Assembly (NCBI GenBank): GCA_024405215.1
Contig: JAKSPB010000017.1
Span: forward strand, 15-64,014
DNA from: Lentisphaeria bacterium
GTDB taxonomy: Bacteria; Verrucomicrobiota; Lentisphaeria; Oligosphaerales; Oligosphaeraceae
Direction: 5' to 3'
DNA: 64,000 nt
Shown: positions 1 to 10,091 of the stretch, in pieces
Layout: every line of letters begins with the position of its first letter
How positions within the stretch are numbered: the stretch's first letter is position 1
Position numbers and translations under genes: made by a program
Notes under the pieces: generated by a model
Told to the model about the DNA's origin: nothing
Seen by the model: only the letters and a program-made list of their open reading frames with translations
Databases searched by the model: none

Positions 1-108
1 GGAACGCTCTATCTGGAAATGATTCATTTTCTGTTTGCCTAGTTTTTCCCCGTCAAGAGATTGGTTTTACGTTTCGTTCCCCCACAAAAAACAAGGAGAC
101 AACAAAAG

Positions 109-981
109 ATGAAAAGAAACTCGTGTTTCACTTTGATCGAATTGCTTGTTGTGATCGCCATCATTGCGATCCTGGCTAGCATGCTTCTGCCGGCTCTTTC
201 CAAGGCCCGCGAGAAGGCCCGTGCCATCAGCTGTGTCAACAACCTGAAGCAGATTCAGCTGGGCAACATCCTTTACACCAACGACTACGATGATTTCCTG
301 CCGCCTCTTTGCTACAACTGGGCGACCGATGGAAACCGGAAATACGGTCTGACGGGCAACGACATCAAGTCCATCAAGACTTTTGTCTGCTGGTTCAGCG
401 TGAACCCCATGATTCCGGGTGCTCCCATGACGGGCTATGAATGGTACGAGAAGGACAAGGGCGCCGACCGTGTCGCACGCACCGAGGACAAGAGCGATTG
501 GCACAAGGTCATGCTGTGCCCTTCCTGCCCGCCGGATGAACGTCCTACCGGCAACATCGGCTACCAGGCGAACATGGGCTTGGGCTATGCAAACCGTCTG
601 GCTGAAGAGAACTGGGGACGCGACAGCTCCTACGGCGGCGACGGCAAGGCCTGGCAGTCCGCCACCTGGCATCGCATCGCCTCCATTAAGTGCCCCAGCA
701 TCTACGTCAATATCGTTGACGGCACCACCAAAGGCCCTATGAGCGTCACCAACACCAGCGGCTGCATGTTCACCTCTTCCGGCGGCATGACTTGGGCAGG
801 CGCCGAGCAGAAGATGGCCTACTGCCGTCATAGCATGGCCTGCAATTTCTCCTTCGGCGACGGTCACGTGGAACCCGTCAACATGGCGAAGTTCACCTTC
901 GGCGATGTGGATGGCGGCCTGGAGGACAACTTCTACTGGTATCCCGGCGTCAGCTGCTCCGGTGGCGATGCAAACCACTAA
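109..981 (+). CDS. Pseudopilin/type IV pilin-like protein with prepilin-type N-terminal methylation domain and C-terminal H-X9-DG motif
   Basis: ORF 61..981. The internal ATG at 109 follows aaggagac (93-100). N-terminus is [37 protein letters not shown] (FTLIE plus a hydrophobic helix). [12 protein letters not shown] near the C-terminus fits H-X9-DG. The residue before F is Cys, not the usual Gly. Confidence 0.85.
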   Translation: MKRNSCFTLIELLVVIAIIAILASMLLPALSKAREKARAISCVNNLKQIQLGNILYTNDYDDFLPPLCYNWATDGNRKYGLTGNDIKSIKTFVCWFSVNPMIPGAPMTGYEWYEKDKGADRVARTEDKSDWHKVMLCPSCPPDERPTGNIGYQANMGLGYANRLAEENWGRDSSYGGDGKAWQSATWHRIASIKCPSIYVNIVDGTTKGPMSVTNTSGCMFTSSGGMTWAGAEQKMAYCRHSMACNFSFGDGHVEPVNMAKFTFGDVDGGLEDNFYWYPGVSCSGGDANH

Positions 982-1019
982 TTCCTGAAGGCTTTTAAAA
1001 AGCCTCGTTGATATTAAAA

Positions 1020-1070
1020 GGGGCTGTTGCAAAACCTCAATCAGAGGATGTAACAGCCCTTCTTGTATTT
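1020..1070 (+). terminator. Stem-loop downstream of the pseudopilin-like gene (possible terminator)
   Basis: gggctgtt (1021-1028) pairs with aacagccc (1052-1059), followed by ttcttgtattt. The loop is long (23 nt), so this is weak. Confidence 0.35.
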
Positions 1071-1385
1071 ACACCCAGAACTTATACGTTATGGCCATGG
1101 TAGGAGTCAGGCATGGCCTATTTTACAACTAAGCTGTACCTTTCATTTTAGGGTGCCATGCATACTGCGTAATCAGCCTTGTGTTAAATGGCAACCGAAT
1201 TTAGGGGGACATTGTGTCCTGAATACAGCAAAATCACCTGGGAAACGAGGAAATGAGACAAAAATGAGTCAATGACAGCACCGTCACCAGACAAGATTCC
1301 CAGTCCATGGACCGGAAATCAGCTAAAACGTGTTCAGCTTTTTGTAAACAACGCTGAATCCATGAAAAAGGAACAGTCAAGAATT

Positions 1386-1514
1386 CTACTTCACGGATTC
1401 AAGGGCCTTTCTGCTCTTGTTGACCTGATAACGGGAGCACCAGTTGTCGGTGCCAGGTCGCTTGAAGATACCAGGGTAACCCTTCTCTTCCTTTTGGGAA
1501 TCTTTCTCTTTCAT
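1386..1514 (-). pseudogene. Possible remnant of a tyrosine integrase N-terminus (arm-type DNA-binding region), 42 codons
   Basis: Internal Met of ORF 1386..1607 gives MKEKDSQKEEKGYPGIFKRPGTDNWCSRYQVNKSRKALESVK. The core GIFKRxGxxxWxxRY resembles integrase N-termini. It lies just 3' of tRNA-Ser inside an A+T-richer non-coding stretch. No catalytic domain follows. Confidence 0.3.
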
Positions 1515-1605
1515 AGTTCTGCTTTCCACGTAAAACGATTGCTTTTTTTTCCCGTCATGTGACGAAGACGACGGGCCGCGACGACAATATAACTGTCCCG
1601 GACAC

Positions 1606-1626
1606 AAAAAAAGCCCTAAGTGGGCT
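1606..1626 (-). terminator. Intrinsic terminator downstream of tRNA-Ser
   Basis: The minus strand reads agccc-actta-gggct followed by ttttttt (reverse complement of aaaaaaagccctaagtgggct). Confidence 0.45.
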
Positions 1627-1664
1627 ACAGGTGGCTACACTTTTGGGCTTTTTACGTAGGAAAA

Positions 1665-1754
1665 TGGCGGAGAGAGAGGGATTTGAACCCCCGAACCTGT
1701 TGCCAGGTTAGCGGTTTTCGAGACCGCCCCGTTCGGCCACTCCGGCATCTCTCC
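1665..1754 (-). tRNA. tRNA-Ser (anticodon CGA), type II with long variable arm, CCA encoded
   Basis: Reverse complement is GGAGAGATGCCGGAGTGGCCGAACGGGGCGGTCTCGAAAACCGCTAACCTGGCAACAGGTTCGGGGGTTCAAATCCCTCTCTCTCCGCCA. Acceptor stem GGAGAGA/TCTCTCC. Anticodon stem GCGGT/ACCGC with loop CTCGAAA. Variable arm AACCTG-GCAA-CAGGTT. T-loop TTCAAAT. Confidence 0.92.
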
Positions 1755-1821
1755 GTTCAAGTGAAAACGTGCTTAATGTAGCCTTCTGAACGGAATCTGT
1801 ACGTTCAATGAGGGCAAAGCG

Positions 1822-2847
1822 TCAGATTTTTTCGCAGATGGCGAGGGTGAGTGCATCCAGGCAGAGGTCTTCGGGGAGATTTGCCCGGAGGGACTTGCGG
1901 AAAGTCTCCACGAATTTCAGATCTGCTTCCGCCTCGAGGGTATTTGGCATCTTGGGGGCGTTCGTCATCAGTTTCACGAACTCCTTCTGCGGTAGAAGGT
2001 GTTCCGGGGCGCCTGCTGCCAGGAGGTATCGCTGGCTGAACCAGGCCTGGAGGGAATCCAGGTAACTAGCCCGGAGGTGGGCGTATTCCGTGGCGATTCT
2101 GGCGGTCTTGAGTTCTTCCATTTCCTTCTTGAGGGCCTTGTCGTTCTTGGCCAGCTCATCCATGCTGGGGTCCCAGTTTTCGTCCACGGTCTTTTCGGCG
2201 GTTTCCTTGAGTCCGCCAAAGAGTGCCGCCAATTCACGGGAGGCTGCGAGGGCGGCATGGGTTCCGGCGCCGCGATAGAGCGTGGCGAGGATTTCCAGAT
2301 AGCGGGGGGCAACGAGTTTGGAATAGTCGATGCTGTTGGTGCGCAGAAGGATGTTCTGGCAGCGCGAGCGGATGGTTGGCAGCAGGAACTGGGGGCGGGT
2401 GGTGAGCAGAAGGAACATCACGTTTGCGGGCGGTTCCTCCAGGGTTTTCAGGAAGGCGTTTGCGGCTGCGGCCTGCATGGCGTCGGCTTCCGTGATGACG
2501 CCGAACTTGATCATCCCCTGGGGGACGGTCAGGATCATCTGGTGGTCGAAGGCGCGCAGGTCGTCCACCTTGATGATGGCGCTTTTGGATTCCGGCGAGA
2601 GGGTGAACAGTTCGGAGTAGCTACCTTCCTGGAAAAGCTTGCAGTTGCGGCATTTCCCGCAGGCGCTGCCGTCGGGGGCGTTGTTTGTGCAGGCTGCGGT
2701 CTGGGCCCAGCCCTTGGCGAAAGTCATCAGCTCATTCGTGGAATCGCCGATGAAGAGATACGCCTGGCCGCCGTGGCGGTGCGCTTTCGCGGCTTCCAAG
2801 GCGGCGGCCTGCTTGGGGAAGAGCTCTTTCCAAGAGTGTTCTGACAT
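1822..2847 (-). CDS. holB: DNA polymerase III subunit delta-prime
   Basis: AYLFIGDS..., zinc module CGKCRNC, FLKTLEEPPANVMFLLLTT and LPTIRSRCQ (SRC motif). The start overlaps the tmk stop by 1 nt. Confidence 0.85.
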   Translation of the reverse strand: MSEHSWKELFPKQAAALEAAKAHRHGGQAYLFIGDSTNELMTFAKGWAQTAACTNNAPDGSACGKCRNCKLFQEGSYSELFTLSPESKSAIIKVDDLRAFDHQMILTVPQGMIKFGVITEADAMQAAAANAFLKTLEEPPANVMFLLLTTRPQFLLPTIRSRCQNILLRTNSIDYSKLVAPRYLEILATLYRGAGTHAALAASRELAALFGGLKETAEKTVDENWDPSMDELAKNDKALKKEMEELKTARIATEYAHLRASYLDSLQAWFSQRYLLAAGAPEHLLPQKEFVKLMTNAPKMPNTLEAEADLKFVETFRKSLRANLPEDLCLDALTLAICEKI

Positions 2848-3479
2848 TACAGGAATCTCCTGCTCACAGCGGACCAGATTTCATCGGCCAGTTCCTCCAC
2901 GGGCTTGGCGGCGGAGAAGGTCACGAAGCGTCGGGGATTTTCCTTGGCGATTTGCAGGAAGCCATTGCGGACCGCCTCGTGGAAACGGCGTCCTTCGATT
3001 TCGAAGCGGTCGCTGTCGGCTGCCGTTGCCTTGAGGACGTTGTCCAGGCGTGCGAAACTTTCCTCCACGGTGAGGTCCAGGAGGATGGTGAGGTCCGGCC
3101 AGCGGTTTCCCAGGGCGAATTGGTTCAGCTGCCGGATGAACGCCAGGTCCATTCCGCGTGCATATCCCTGGTAGGCGGTGGTGGAGTCGGCGAAGCGGTC
3201 GCAGAGCACGACCTGGCCTTCTTCCAGCGCCGGCCAGATGCGTTCCCGCAGGAGTTGCGCGCGGCTGGCGGAGAAGAGTAGCAGTTCCGTTTCGTCGGCG
3301 ATGTTTTCCGCCCGGTTCTTCATGACCAGTTCGCGCACCTCTTCGCCCAGTGGCGTGCCGCCGGGTTCGCGGGTGCATAGGACCGCCTTTCCCATTTCCT
3401 GGAAACGTTTGGCGAGGAGGCGGATCTGCGTGGATTTTCCGGCCTTGTCCACGCCCTCGAATGTAATGAAGAAGCCCAT
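2847..3479 (-). CDS. tmk: Thymidylate kinase (dTMP kinase)
   Basis: N-terminal P-loop FITFEGVDKAGKSTQ, the DRF motif (LCDRFADST), and a length of 210 aa. Confidence 0.9.
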   Translation of the reverse strand: MGFFITFEGVDKAGKSTQIRLLAKRFQEMGKAVLCTREPGGTPLGEEVRELVMKNRAENIADETELLLFSASRAQLLRERIWPALEEGQVVLCDRFADSTTAYQGYARGMDLAFIRQLNQFALGNRWPDLTILLDLTVEESFARLDNVLKATAADSDRFEIEGRRFHEAVRNGFLQIAKENPRRFVTFSAAKPVEELADEIWSAVSRRFL

Positions 3480-3490
3480 GGTCTGGAGTG

Positions 3491-6400
3491 TTAGAATGGT
3501 AAGGAAGAGAGATATTTCACCATCGCGGCGTTGACGGAGGTGAAGCCCAGTTTTCTGGGGAGCGCCTTGAGGATGACTTCGGGAGCCGCGTCAATGTAAT
3601 CTTGTCGGATCTCCTCGTAGGCGGCCTTGAGTTCGCAGTAGGGAATTTCTTCCAGGGGACGACGGTCTTCCGGAGTGGCGGGAACGCGATAGCCGCGGAA
3701 GTTCTCGGCCTGCTGCGCGTCCATCCAGATGGTCTTTTCCTCGCCGTCGGTTGTGACATGGCATGGCAGCTGTTCCAGGACCTGCCGGATGAAGGAATCG
3801 TTGGTTTCGGTGCTCTTCAGGCCCTTCCACTGCTTGCGGATTCGCGGCAGGAGGAAGTCCTGCTTCAGCGGCGCTTCCGTGGCCAGGATTCCCGTTGCGT
3901 ATTCCTGGATCAGTTCCTTGGTGCGGCCATTGTCCTGGAAGAGCCTGGCGGCCAAAGGCTCCGGCACCTGCCAGCGCTGGAAGGACTGCGGTACAGGCAG
4001 CGAGACGACTTCTTGCTTTGGTTCAACAGGCTTGGAAGGGGGTTCAACAGGCTTGGCGGAGGGCTTTTCCGCCTGGTGCGCGGGTGTGGCGGGCTTTGCC
4101 GGGGATTGCGCCTGCCGGAGGGCCAGGAGCAGTGCGGCTTTCGCGCCTTCCGGGTCCTGCTGCCATTCGGCTGCCCAGGCGTGGCAGAGGTTCCAGCCAA
4201 GGCCCTTCAGGACGCCGGGACGGGTGGATTCCCGGTCGCGGCAGGTGAGGCCCTGCGCGTCTCGCTCGCTGTCGCAGAGAATGCCCAGGAGATATTCGCC
4301 CGGTTTCTCCGGGGACTTGACCGCCAGGTCGATGCGGAAGCGCGAGCAGCCCACGTTTCGCTCCACTTGGTATCCGGCGTCGGCCAGGACTTTCGCGATG
4401 GCCTCCTGGGACAGGCCGCCGGCCTCGCCCACGGCGGCTGCCGCGGTCTTGCTGCCGATGCCGTGTTCCGCGTATTCGAGGAACTCCTTCAGGTGCTGTG
4501 CGCCGTTGGCCGATGTGCGGTTCAGGTCCACCTGCGCAGCGTGGATGGAGGAGAAGACCACCACGCGCTCCTTGGCACGGGTGATGGCCACGTTCAGGCG
4601 TCGTTCGCCGCCTGCGCGGTTGAGGGGGCCGAAGTTCATGAGGAGCTTCCCGTCCGCATCGGGGGCGTATCCCACGCTGAAGAGGATGACATCCCGCTCG
4701 TCGCCCTGGACATTTTCCAGGTTCTTGACGAAGAAGGGTTCCGGCAGGGAGTCGTCGAAGGCCTCCTCCAGTTCAGGATGCGCGGCGCGGAACTGTTCGA
4801 AGCGGTCCTCGATGAGCGTACACTGGCTGATGTTGAAGGTGACCACGCCGATGGACTTCCTGCGCTGCGCGGGGTCCGCCAGCATTTTGCCGACGTATTT
4901 CACGATGGCGTCGGCTTCCATGGGGTTGCAGCGGTTCCGCCGGTCGAAGACCGCGTTCTCCTGGAACTCGAAGTGCACACCCAGGGCCGGGCTGTCCTTG
5001 GCGGCGGGGAAGGTGTTCAGGCGGTTCTCGTAGTAGTGCGCATTGCTGAAGGCGATGAGGGATTCGTGGCGGCTGCGGTAGTGCCAGTTCAGGTAGGAGG
5101 ACTCCACGCCGACGGCCAGGCATTCGTCCAGGATGCTCTCCAGTTCGGCCACGTCCTCGTCGTCCTCGAGGTCCTCGTCTGCCGCGGTCTTCTGGAAAAA
5201 GGCCGTTGGCGGCATCTGCATCCGGTCGCCGACGCAGATGAACTGCTTTCCGCGGGCGATGGCGCCGACGGCGTCCGCCACGGGAATCTGGGACGCCTCG
5301 TCGAAGACGACCAGGTCGAACTGGCTTTCCGGCGGCAGATACTGCGCCACGGAGAGCGGGCTCATCAGGAAGCAGGGCTTCAGCGTGGGAAGAAGCGGCG
5401 CGATGTTCTGCAAGATGGTGCGGACCGGACGGATGCGGCTCTTCTTCTCGCATTCGCGGCGCAGGAAGGCGATGGCGGTGCCTTCCAGGGGTTTCTCCGA
5501 TTTCAGGGCCTTGGGAAGCTTGTGGGTGAGCTTGGCGATGGCCAGCTTCGCCGCCAGGGACTGGTATTCCGCGTCCAGTTTCTGGAACTCCTCGATGCGG
5601 TGCTCCTGGCGTGTCCCGATGAAATCCGCCAGCAGCGGCTTGGTCGCAAGGGTCTGCGTCATCATGGCGTCCAGCAGTCGGTGCTTGACTGCGTCCAGGA
5701 GTTTCGTGGGGTGCAGGGCGTCCTCTTCCATGGCGTCAAGGAAAGGGGTCAGGCCGATGGCTTCCGCGTCCGTGCGGCTTTGGCGCCAGATGCGGTAGGG
5801 GCGCAACGAGGAGATGGCGTCAAGGGCGGAGCGGAGCGCCTCTGGGAGTTCGCCTGCGGGGATCTTCCGGGCGGGACGTTCGGCCATGGCGGCTGCGGCT
5901 TGAAGGACGGCGAGGGCCTTCCGGCAATCCACGTATGCCGCCTTGTAGGCACGGGCTGCTTCAGGAGGCGCGTCGCCTTCCTGCAAGGCAAGGCGGGAGG
6001 CGGAACGTGCGCCAAGCATTTCCAGTGCCTGCGCGATGTTCCGGACGGTCTCCAGCTGCTTCTCCAGTTTTGTCCAGTCTGGCGTGGCCTCCAGCCATCC
6101 AGGCTGATTCAGGGCGGTGCCGAACTCCTTGAAACGCGAGGCGTTGGTTTTCAGCAGCTCCTGGGCCCGGGCGAGCATGGGCACCTCCTTTGCGAGGTCG
6201 TCTGCGGAACGGCGCGGAGTGCCTGCCTGGCAGAAGGCTGCCGCCTCCTTTCCCAGGCTTCGGTTGGCGAAGATTCTAGCCAGGAAGAACTTCCCTGCAT
6301 TTTCCTGAAGGCGCTTTTGGAAATCGTCCACGGGGATGGCGGCAAGTTCCTGCCAGCGGTATTGCGGCAGTGCGTCCGCCAATTGTCGGAACTCCTTCGC

Positions 6401-8140
6401 CGCGGCTAGCAGTTCGGTCCATTCGGTCATTTTCTCCGTCGGGACTTCCTCGCGGAAGGCGGCGGGCAGAGCGCGGAAGGGGGCGAGTTTTTCAGCCAGG
6501 CATTTCAAAGCGTCACGACGTTGTGCGGGCGTGGCTTCCGGCAACTCGTCAGGCAGGGCCAGGGCGGTCCGCCAGGTTGCGTCGGCTTCTGCGAATGTTT
6601 TCGCCAAGGGAATTGCGGCAGCAAGGGCGTCGGCGGTCTTTGCCGTGTCCAGGCCGTTCCAGTCCAGCGGGCAGGCGAAGATCCGGAGCTGCCGGCAGAG
6701 TTCCGGATTGACGGCGGAGAAGCCATCCAGCGCGGTGCGGAGGGTGTCGGTCAAGTGCTGGAGGTCCTCCTTGGTCTGTGCGAGGAGATTTTCGGGGGGC
6801 TGCCATCGGATGGCTGGCGCGGGATCGTCCCGCAAGGCTTCCGCCGCACATTGGAAGGGAGTGATTCCGTTGAGGGCGGGGGTGTGGAGCGCCTGGATAT
6901 AGGCGTCCAGGTCCTTCCGGCGTTGCTGGAGCTGGGGAATCAGTGTCTGCCAGCGGTCCGGTTCCGGGGAATCGCCCAATTCCAGCGTAGAGCGGAGCTG
7001 GGCCAGCAATTCGGTCTTTCCGGCATGGTTGGAGTGCAGCTCCAGGCAGAAGGGCTGGAGCCCCAGCTTGGCCAGGCGGCGATAGACGACATCCAGTGCG
7101 GCCTTCTTTTCCGAGACGAAAAGGATCTTTTTCCCGTGGACCAAGTTATGGCAGATCAGGTTGGCGATGGACTGACTTTTTCCCGTGCCGGGAGGGCCGT
7201 GGAGGACGAAGCTCTTGCCGGCTGCCGCATAGAGGACTGCCGTCAGCTGGGAGGAATCCGCCGCCAAGGGGCAGTAAAGTTCCTGCCAGTTCGTGTTCGA
7301 ATCCACCTCTTCGGGCGGAAAGACGGAGATGCCGTCGTCGTAGACGCCGCGGGTGCCTTCGATGAGGTGGTTGACAAGCGGCTGTTTTGCCAGTTCCTCC
7401 GCACGGTTTGCCAGGTCATTCCACATCAAATACTTGGCGAAGGAAAAACGCCCCAGGTAGAGCTGTTCCTCCAGGGAGAAGTCCGGCAAGGCGGAGAGCT
7501 TCTGCGAGACGATGTCCAGAATCTTCCGGAGGTCGGTGCCGTGTTCGTCCTGCGGTAGAGGCTCCAGTTCGGGGAATTCCACCTTGAAGTCCCGCTTCAG
7601 ATACTCCAGAAGCGTGGTGTTCAGGCGGGTCTCCTCGTCCAGCTGCATGATGGAGAAATTCTTGACGGAAGCGCGTTCCAGGCGTACGGGGAGCAAGACA
7701 ATTGGTGCCAGATGGAAGACCTTCTCGCCCAATGGCTTGTATTTTATGACGCCGAAGGCCAGGAAGAGGGTGTTGATGTCGCCTTCCTCCTGGTCCAGCT
7801 TGCCTTTGCGGTAGAGTTCCAGCTGACGTCGCCCCAGCTCCCTTGCCGACAGCGCGGAGAGGAGGGTGGTTGGTTTCCTGTCCGCGGCCGCCAGCTGTTC
7901 CTGTGCGTCGTCAAAGGATCGGAGCTTTGCGAACTCTTCGGGGGAAAGACAATTCTCCAGGGAGTCCAAGGTGAGGGTTTCTCCGTCGGCGACCAGATTT
8001 TCCAAGGCGACCAGGTCCTTGCAGGCCAGGCGGATTGCCTGCTGGCCGTCCCGCAGGTTCAGCAGATGGTTTCGGAGGGAGAGGTCCAGGAGCTGCTGCT
8101 GCCAGCGATCCAGTCTTTTTTGCGCGGTAGGGGAGAACAT
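3491..8140 (-). CDS. Large SF1 (Upf1-like, COG1112-type) helicase with DUF4011-like N-terminus, REase-like domain and DUF3320-like C-terminus
   Basis: Walker A GPPGTGKSQSI; motif II VVFDEASQI; NWHYRSRHESLIAF; VQGDERDVILFS; RLNVAITRAKERVVVF. These are followed by FRIDLAVKSPEKPGEYLLGILCD (PD-(D/E)xK/DUF559-like), a Pro/Ala/Lys linker with repeated KPVEP, and a C-terminal domain. 1549 aa. Confidence 0.8.
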   Translation of the reverse strand: MFSPTAQKRLDRWQQQLLDLSLRNHLLNLRDGQQAIRLACKDLVALENLVADGETLTLDSLENCLSPEEFAKLRSFDDAQEQLAAADRKPTTLLSALSARELGRRQLELYRKGKLDQEEGDINTLFLAFGVIKYKPLGEKVFHLAPIVLLPVRLERASVKNFSIMQLDEETRLNTTLLEYLKRDFKVEFPELEPLPQDEHGTDLRKILDIVSQKLSALPDFSLEEQLYLGRFSFAKYLMWNDLANRAEELAKQPLVNHLIEGTRGVYDDGISVFPPEEVDSNTNWQELYCPLAADSSQLTAVLYAAAGKSFVLHGPPGTGKSQSIANLICHNLVHGKKILFVSEKKAALDVVYRRLAKLGLQPFCLELHSNHAGKTELLAQLRSTLELGDSPEPDRWQTLIPQLQQRRKDLDAYIQALHTPALNGITPFQCAAEALRDDPAPAIRWQPPENLLAQTKEDLQHLTDTLRTALDGFSAVNPELCRQLRIFACPLDWNGLDTAKTADALAAAIPLAKTFAEADATWRTALALPDELPEATPAQRRDALKCLAEKLAPFRALPAAFREEVPTEKMTEWTELLAAAKEFRQLADALPQYRWQELAAIPVDDFQKRLQENAGKFFLARIFANRSLGKEAAAFCQAGTPRRSADDLAKEVPMLARAQELLKTNASRFKEFGTALNQPGWLEATPDWTKLEKQLETVRNIAQALEMLGARSASRLALQEGDAPPEAARAYKAAYVDCRKALAVLQAAAAMAERPARKIPAGELPEALRSALDAISSLRPYRIWRQSRTDAEAIGLTPFLDAMEEDALHPTKLLDAVKHRLLDAMMTQTLATKPLLADFIGTRQEHRIEEFQKLDAEYQSLAAKLAIAKLTHKLPKALKSEKPLEGTAIAFLRRECEKKSRIRPVRTILQNIAPLLPTLKPCFLMSPLSVAQYLPPESQFDLVVFDEASQIPVADAVGAIARGKQFICVGDRMQMPPTAFFQKTAADEDLEDDEDVAELESILDECLAVGVESSYLNWHYRSRHESLIAFSNAHYYENRLNTFPAAKDSPALGVHFEFQENAVFDRRNRCNPMEADAIVKYVGKMLADPAQRRKSIGVVTFNISQCTLIEDRFEQFRAAHPELEEAFDDSLPEPFFVKNLENVQGDERDVILFSVGYAPDADGKLLMNFGPLNRAGGERRLNVAITRAKERVVVFSSIHAAQVDLNRTSANGAQHLKEFLEYAEHGIGSKTAAAAVGEAGGLSQEAIAKVLADAGYQVERNVGCSRFRIDLAVKSPEKPGEYLLGILCDSERDAQGLTCRDRESTRPGVLKGLGWNLCHAWAAEWQQDPEGAKAALLLALRQAQSPAKPATPAHQAEKPSAKPVEPPSKPVEPKQEVVSLPVPQSFQRWQVPEPLAARLFQDNGRTKELIQEYATGILATEAPLKQDFLLPRIRKQWKGLKSTETNDSFIRQVLEQLPCHVTTDGEEKTIWMDAQQAENFRGYRVPATPEDRRPLEEIPYCELKAAYEEIRQDYIDAAPEVILKALPRKLGFTSVNAAMVKYLSSLPF

Positions 8141-8142
8141 AG

Positions 8143-9852
8143 TTATTTGCAGAAATCGGCCAGATAGGGGAGTTCCATAGCCAGGAGGATCTGTCGGAGG
8201 TGGTCTTGCATTTCCAAGGTGCCGGGGGTGTCGTTCGCGTAGATGGGGATTGTGCCGATGGCCTGGTAGACTCGAACCATCAGGCGCAGGGCTTCAGGGT
8301 AGTTTCCCTGGCGGAAGCGCACCCAGGCCATGGAATCCAGGAAGGCCGCGTTCTGCGGCTCCCTGTCCAGTGCCTGCTGGATGAGCGTCGTTGCCTCTTC
8401 AAGGCGGATGCCACGTTCTGCGTAGGTGTATCCTAGGAAATTGGCGGCCTGGGCATTTTCGGGGTCCAGTTCCAGAGACTTGTGCAGCGCGGCGTAGAGT
8501 TCTTCGTCGGGACGGTGGCATTCATGCAGCGCCGTGGCGAGATTCAGATAAAAACCGGCATCAAGAGTCTCCGGATTCTCCTTTCGCTGACGCTCCAGGG
8601 CAGCCAGAGCTTCCTCGTAGTGTTCGGTGGCGACGCCCAGGGGGCCGAGGCGCCGGGTGTCTTCTGCCGTGGGAGCGGGAATTTGCCCCAGGAGCTCCCA
8701 GGCGCGCTGGAGGTTTCCGGCATCACAGTAATAGTCGGAAAGAATCCGGCAGGCGTTGTCGTTGTTCGGGGCGTCTTCCGGCATGTGGGACAGGATCATC
8801 TCGCCCAGGTCGATGTTCAGTTGGAGAAGGGGGAGGTTTCCCTTTGCGATGTCCTTGCATTCCTCGCTATGGGTCAGGTTGTGGATGGCATCGCCCAGGG
8901 CAAGGAGCAAGAGATAGTCGAAGGGCGGCTCGAGATTCATGTCAATGTATTCCAGGATCCTGTAGGCGGTGCCATAGTAGCCGCCGAGGGCGGTGCCCAG
9001 GAAGATCGCCTGGCAGAGGCGCTGCGCCTGTTCGCGTGGCATTTTCGCCTGGCATTTCAGGAAAATCTCGCCGCAGAGGATGGACATGGCGTTCCAGGCG
9101 GAGACCTGCGCCAGGTTCTGGCAGGCGTATTCGGCGTTTTCCGGATTTTCCAGAAACGCCTGGTCTTCCAGCAGTTCCTTGAAGAGTGCGTCGATCGTTT
9201 CGTTGTCTTGTTGCTCCTGGGGGATGAGGTATCGCAGATAGAGGATCCGCATCCGGTCGTCTTTTCGCAGGACGGCGTTGTTCTGCATCTTCGCGAAGAT
9301 TACTTCCAGGTCCTTCTGCCGTCTCCGGCGAAAGGCCAGATCTGTGGAGATGGCCTGGAAGAGGGCGGTCTCCGGATAGTCCGCGATGGCTTTTTCCAGC
9401 AAGGGCGAAAGCTCGTCGTATTTTTCGCAGTTCAATAGCGTCTGCAAATAGACCGTCAGGAGCTCCAGGGAGGGATGCGCCTCCAGGATCGGCTTCAGCT
9501 CTTCCAGAAGCTGCGGATTCTGGTCGAAGCTGCTGCGGAGGAATTGCAGGCGCTTCAGGACAGGCCCGCATTCCGGATAGACTGCCAGGACTTGCGCCAG
9601 GCGATCGCCTTGTTCATCGACAAAGGAAAGGATCTCTTCGTCGGACCAATCGCGGAGCTCTTCGGGAAGATAGCAGCTCATGGCGTAGGCCACATAGGCG
9701 CTTGCCTCCGTCAGGGCGTCTTCGCCCAGCGGCGGAAGCGGCTCGTGGAGCTCCGCGGGGTAGCGCGTCATGAAGTCCCGCCCGCCTTCCTTTTTGGCAA
9801 AAACGCAAGTGCTTGCGAATAAGAAAAATAGAATAAGGAAGATGTTTTTCAT
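8143..9852 (-). CDS. Exported TPR-repeat protein
   Basis: Signal peptide MKNIFLILFFLFASTCVFA. C-terminal TPR-like repeats (AANFLGYTYAERGIRLEEATTLIQQALDREPQNAAFLDSMAWVRFRQGNYPEALRL). The stop lies 2 nt before the helicase start. Confidence 0.7.
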   Translation of the reverse strand: MKNIFLILFFLFASTCVFAKKEGGRDFMTRYPAELHEPLPPLGEDALTEASAYVAYAMSCYLPEELRDWSDEEILSFVDEQGDRLAQVLAVYPECGPVLKRLQFLRSSFDQNPQLLEELKPILEAHPSLELLTVYLQTLLNCEKYDELSPLLEKAIADYPETALFQAISTDLAFRRRRQKDLEVIFAKMQNNAVLRKDDRMRILYLRYLIPQEQQDNETIDALFKELLEDQAFLENPENAEYACQNLAQVSAWNAMSILCGEIFLKCQAKMPREQAQRLCQAIFLGTALGGYYGTAYRILEYIDMNLEPPFDYLLLLALGDAIHNLTHSEECKDIAKGNLPLLQLNIDLGEMILSHMPEDAPNNDNACRILSDYYCDAGNLQRAWELLGQIPAPTAEDTRRLGPLGVATEHYEEALAALERQRKENPETLDAGFYLNLATALHECHRPDEELYAALHKSLELDPENAQAANFLGYTYAERGIRLEEATTLIQQALDREPQNAAFLDSMAWVRFRQGNYPEALRLMVRVYQAIGTIPIYANDTPGTLEMQDHLRQILLAMELPYLADFCK

Positions 9853-10091
9853 GGAATTTTTGTGCTGGAAATTTCGTCAATGTAACGGCGAAAGAGAGTT
9901 TTGCCCGAAATGCCCCAAAGGAAAGCAGCGGGGAGGAACGGCGGAAGAGCGGAACGGCTGTACGCCATGCGGAAGAGCCGGCGGTCTTTGAATGAGTGAA
10001 ATTCTTTTGGGGCTGTTACGCACCTGTCGGGGATAGACGTGGTAAATTTGCCCCATTCCCGTTTTCCATGATTCCTTAGATCTTTTTCACC

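Noticed and set aside
988-1006. aggctttt/aaaagcct directly after the pseudopilin stop codon as a terminator.
   Set aside because: The complementary halves are contiguous, leaving essentially no loop. Only a 4-bp GC stem with an A/T loop could form, which is too weak. The hairpin at 1021-1059 is reported instead, with low confidence.
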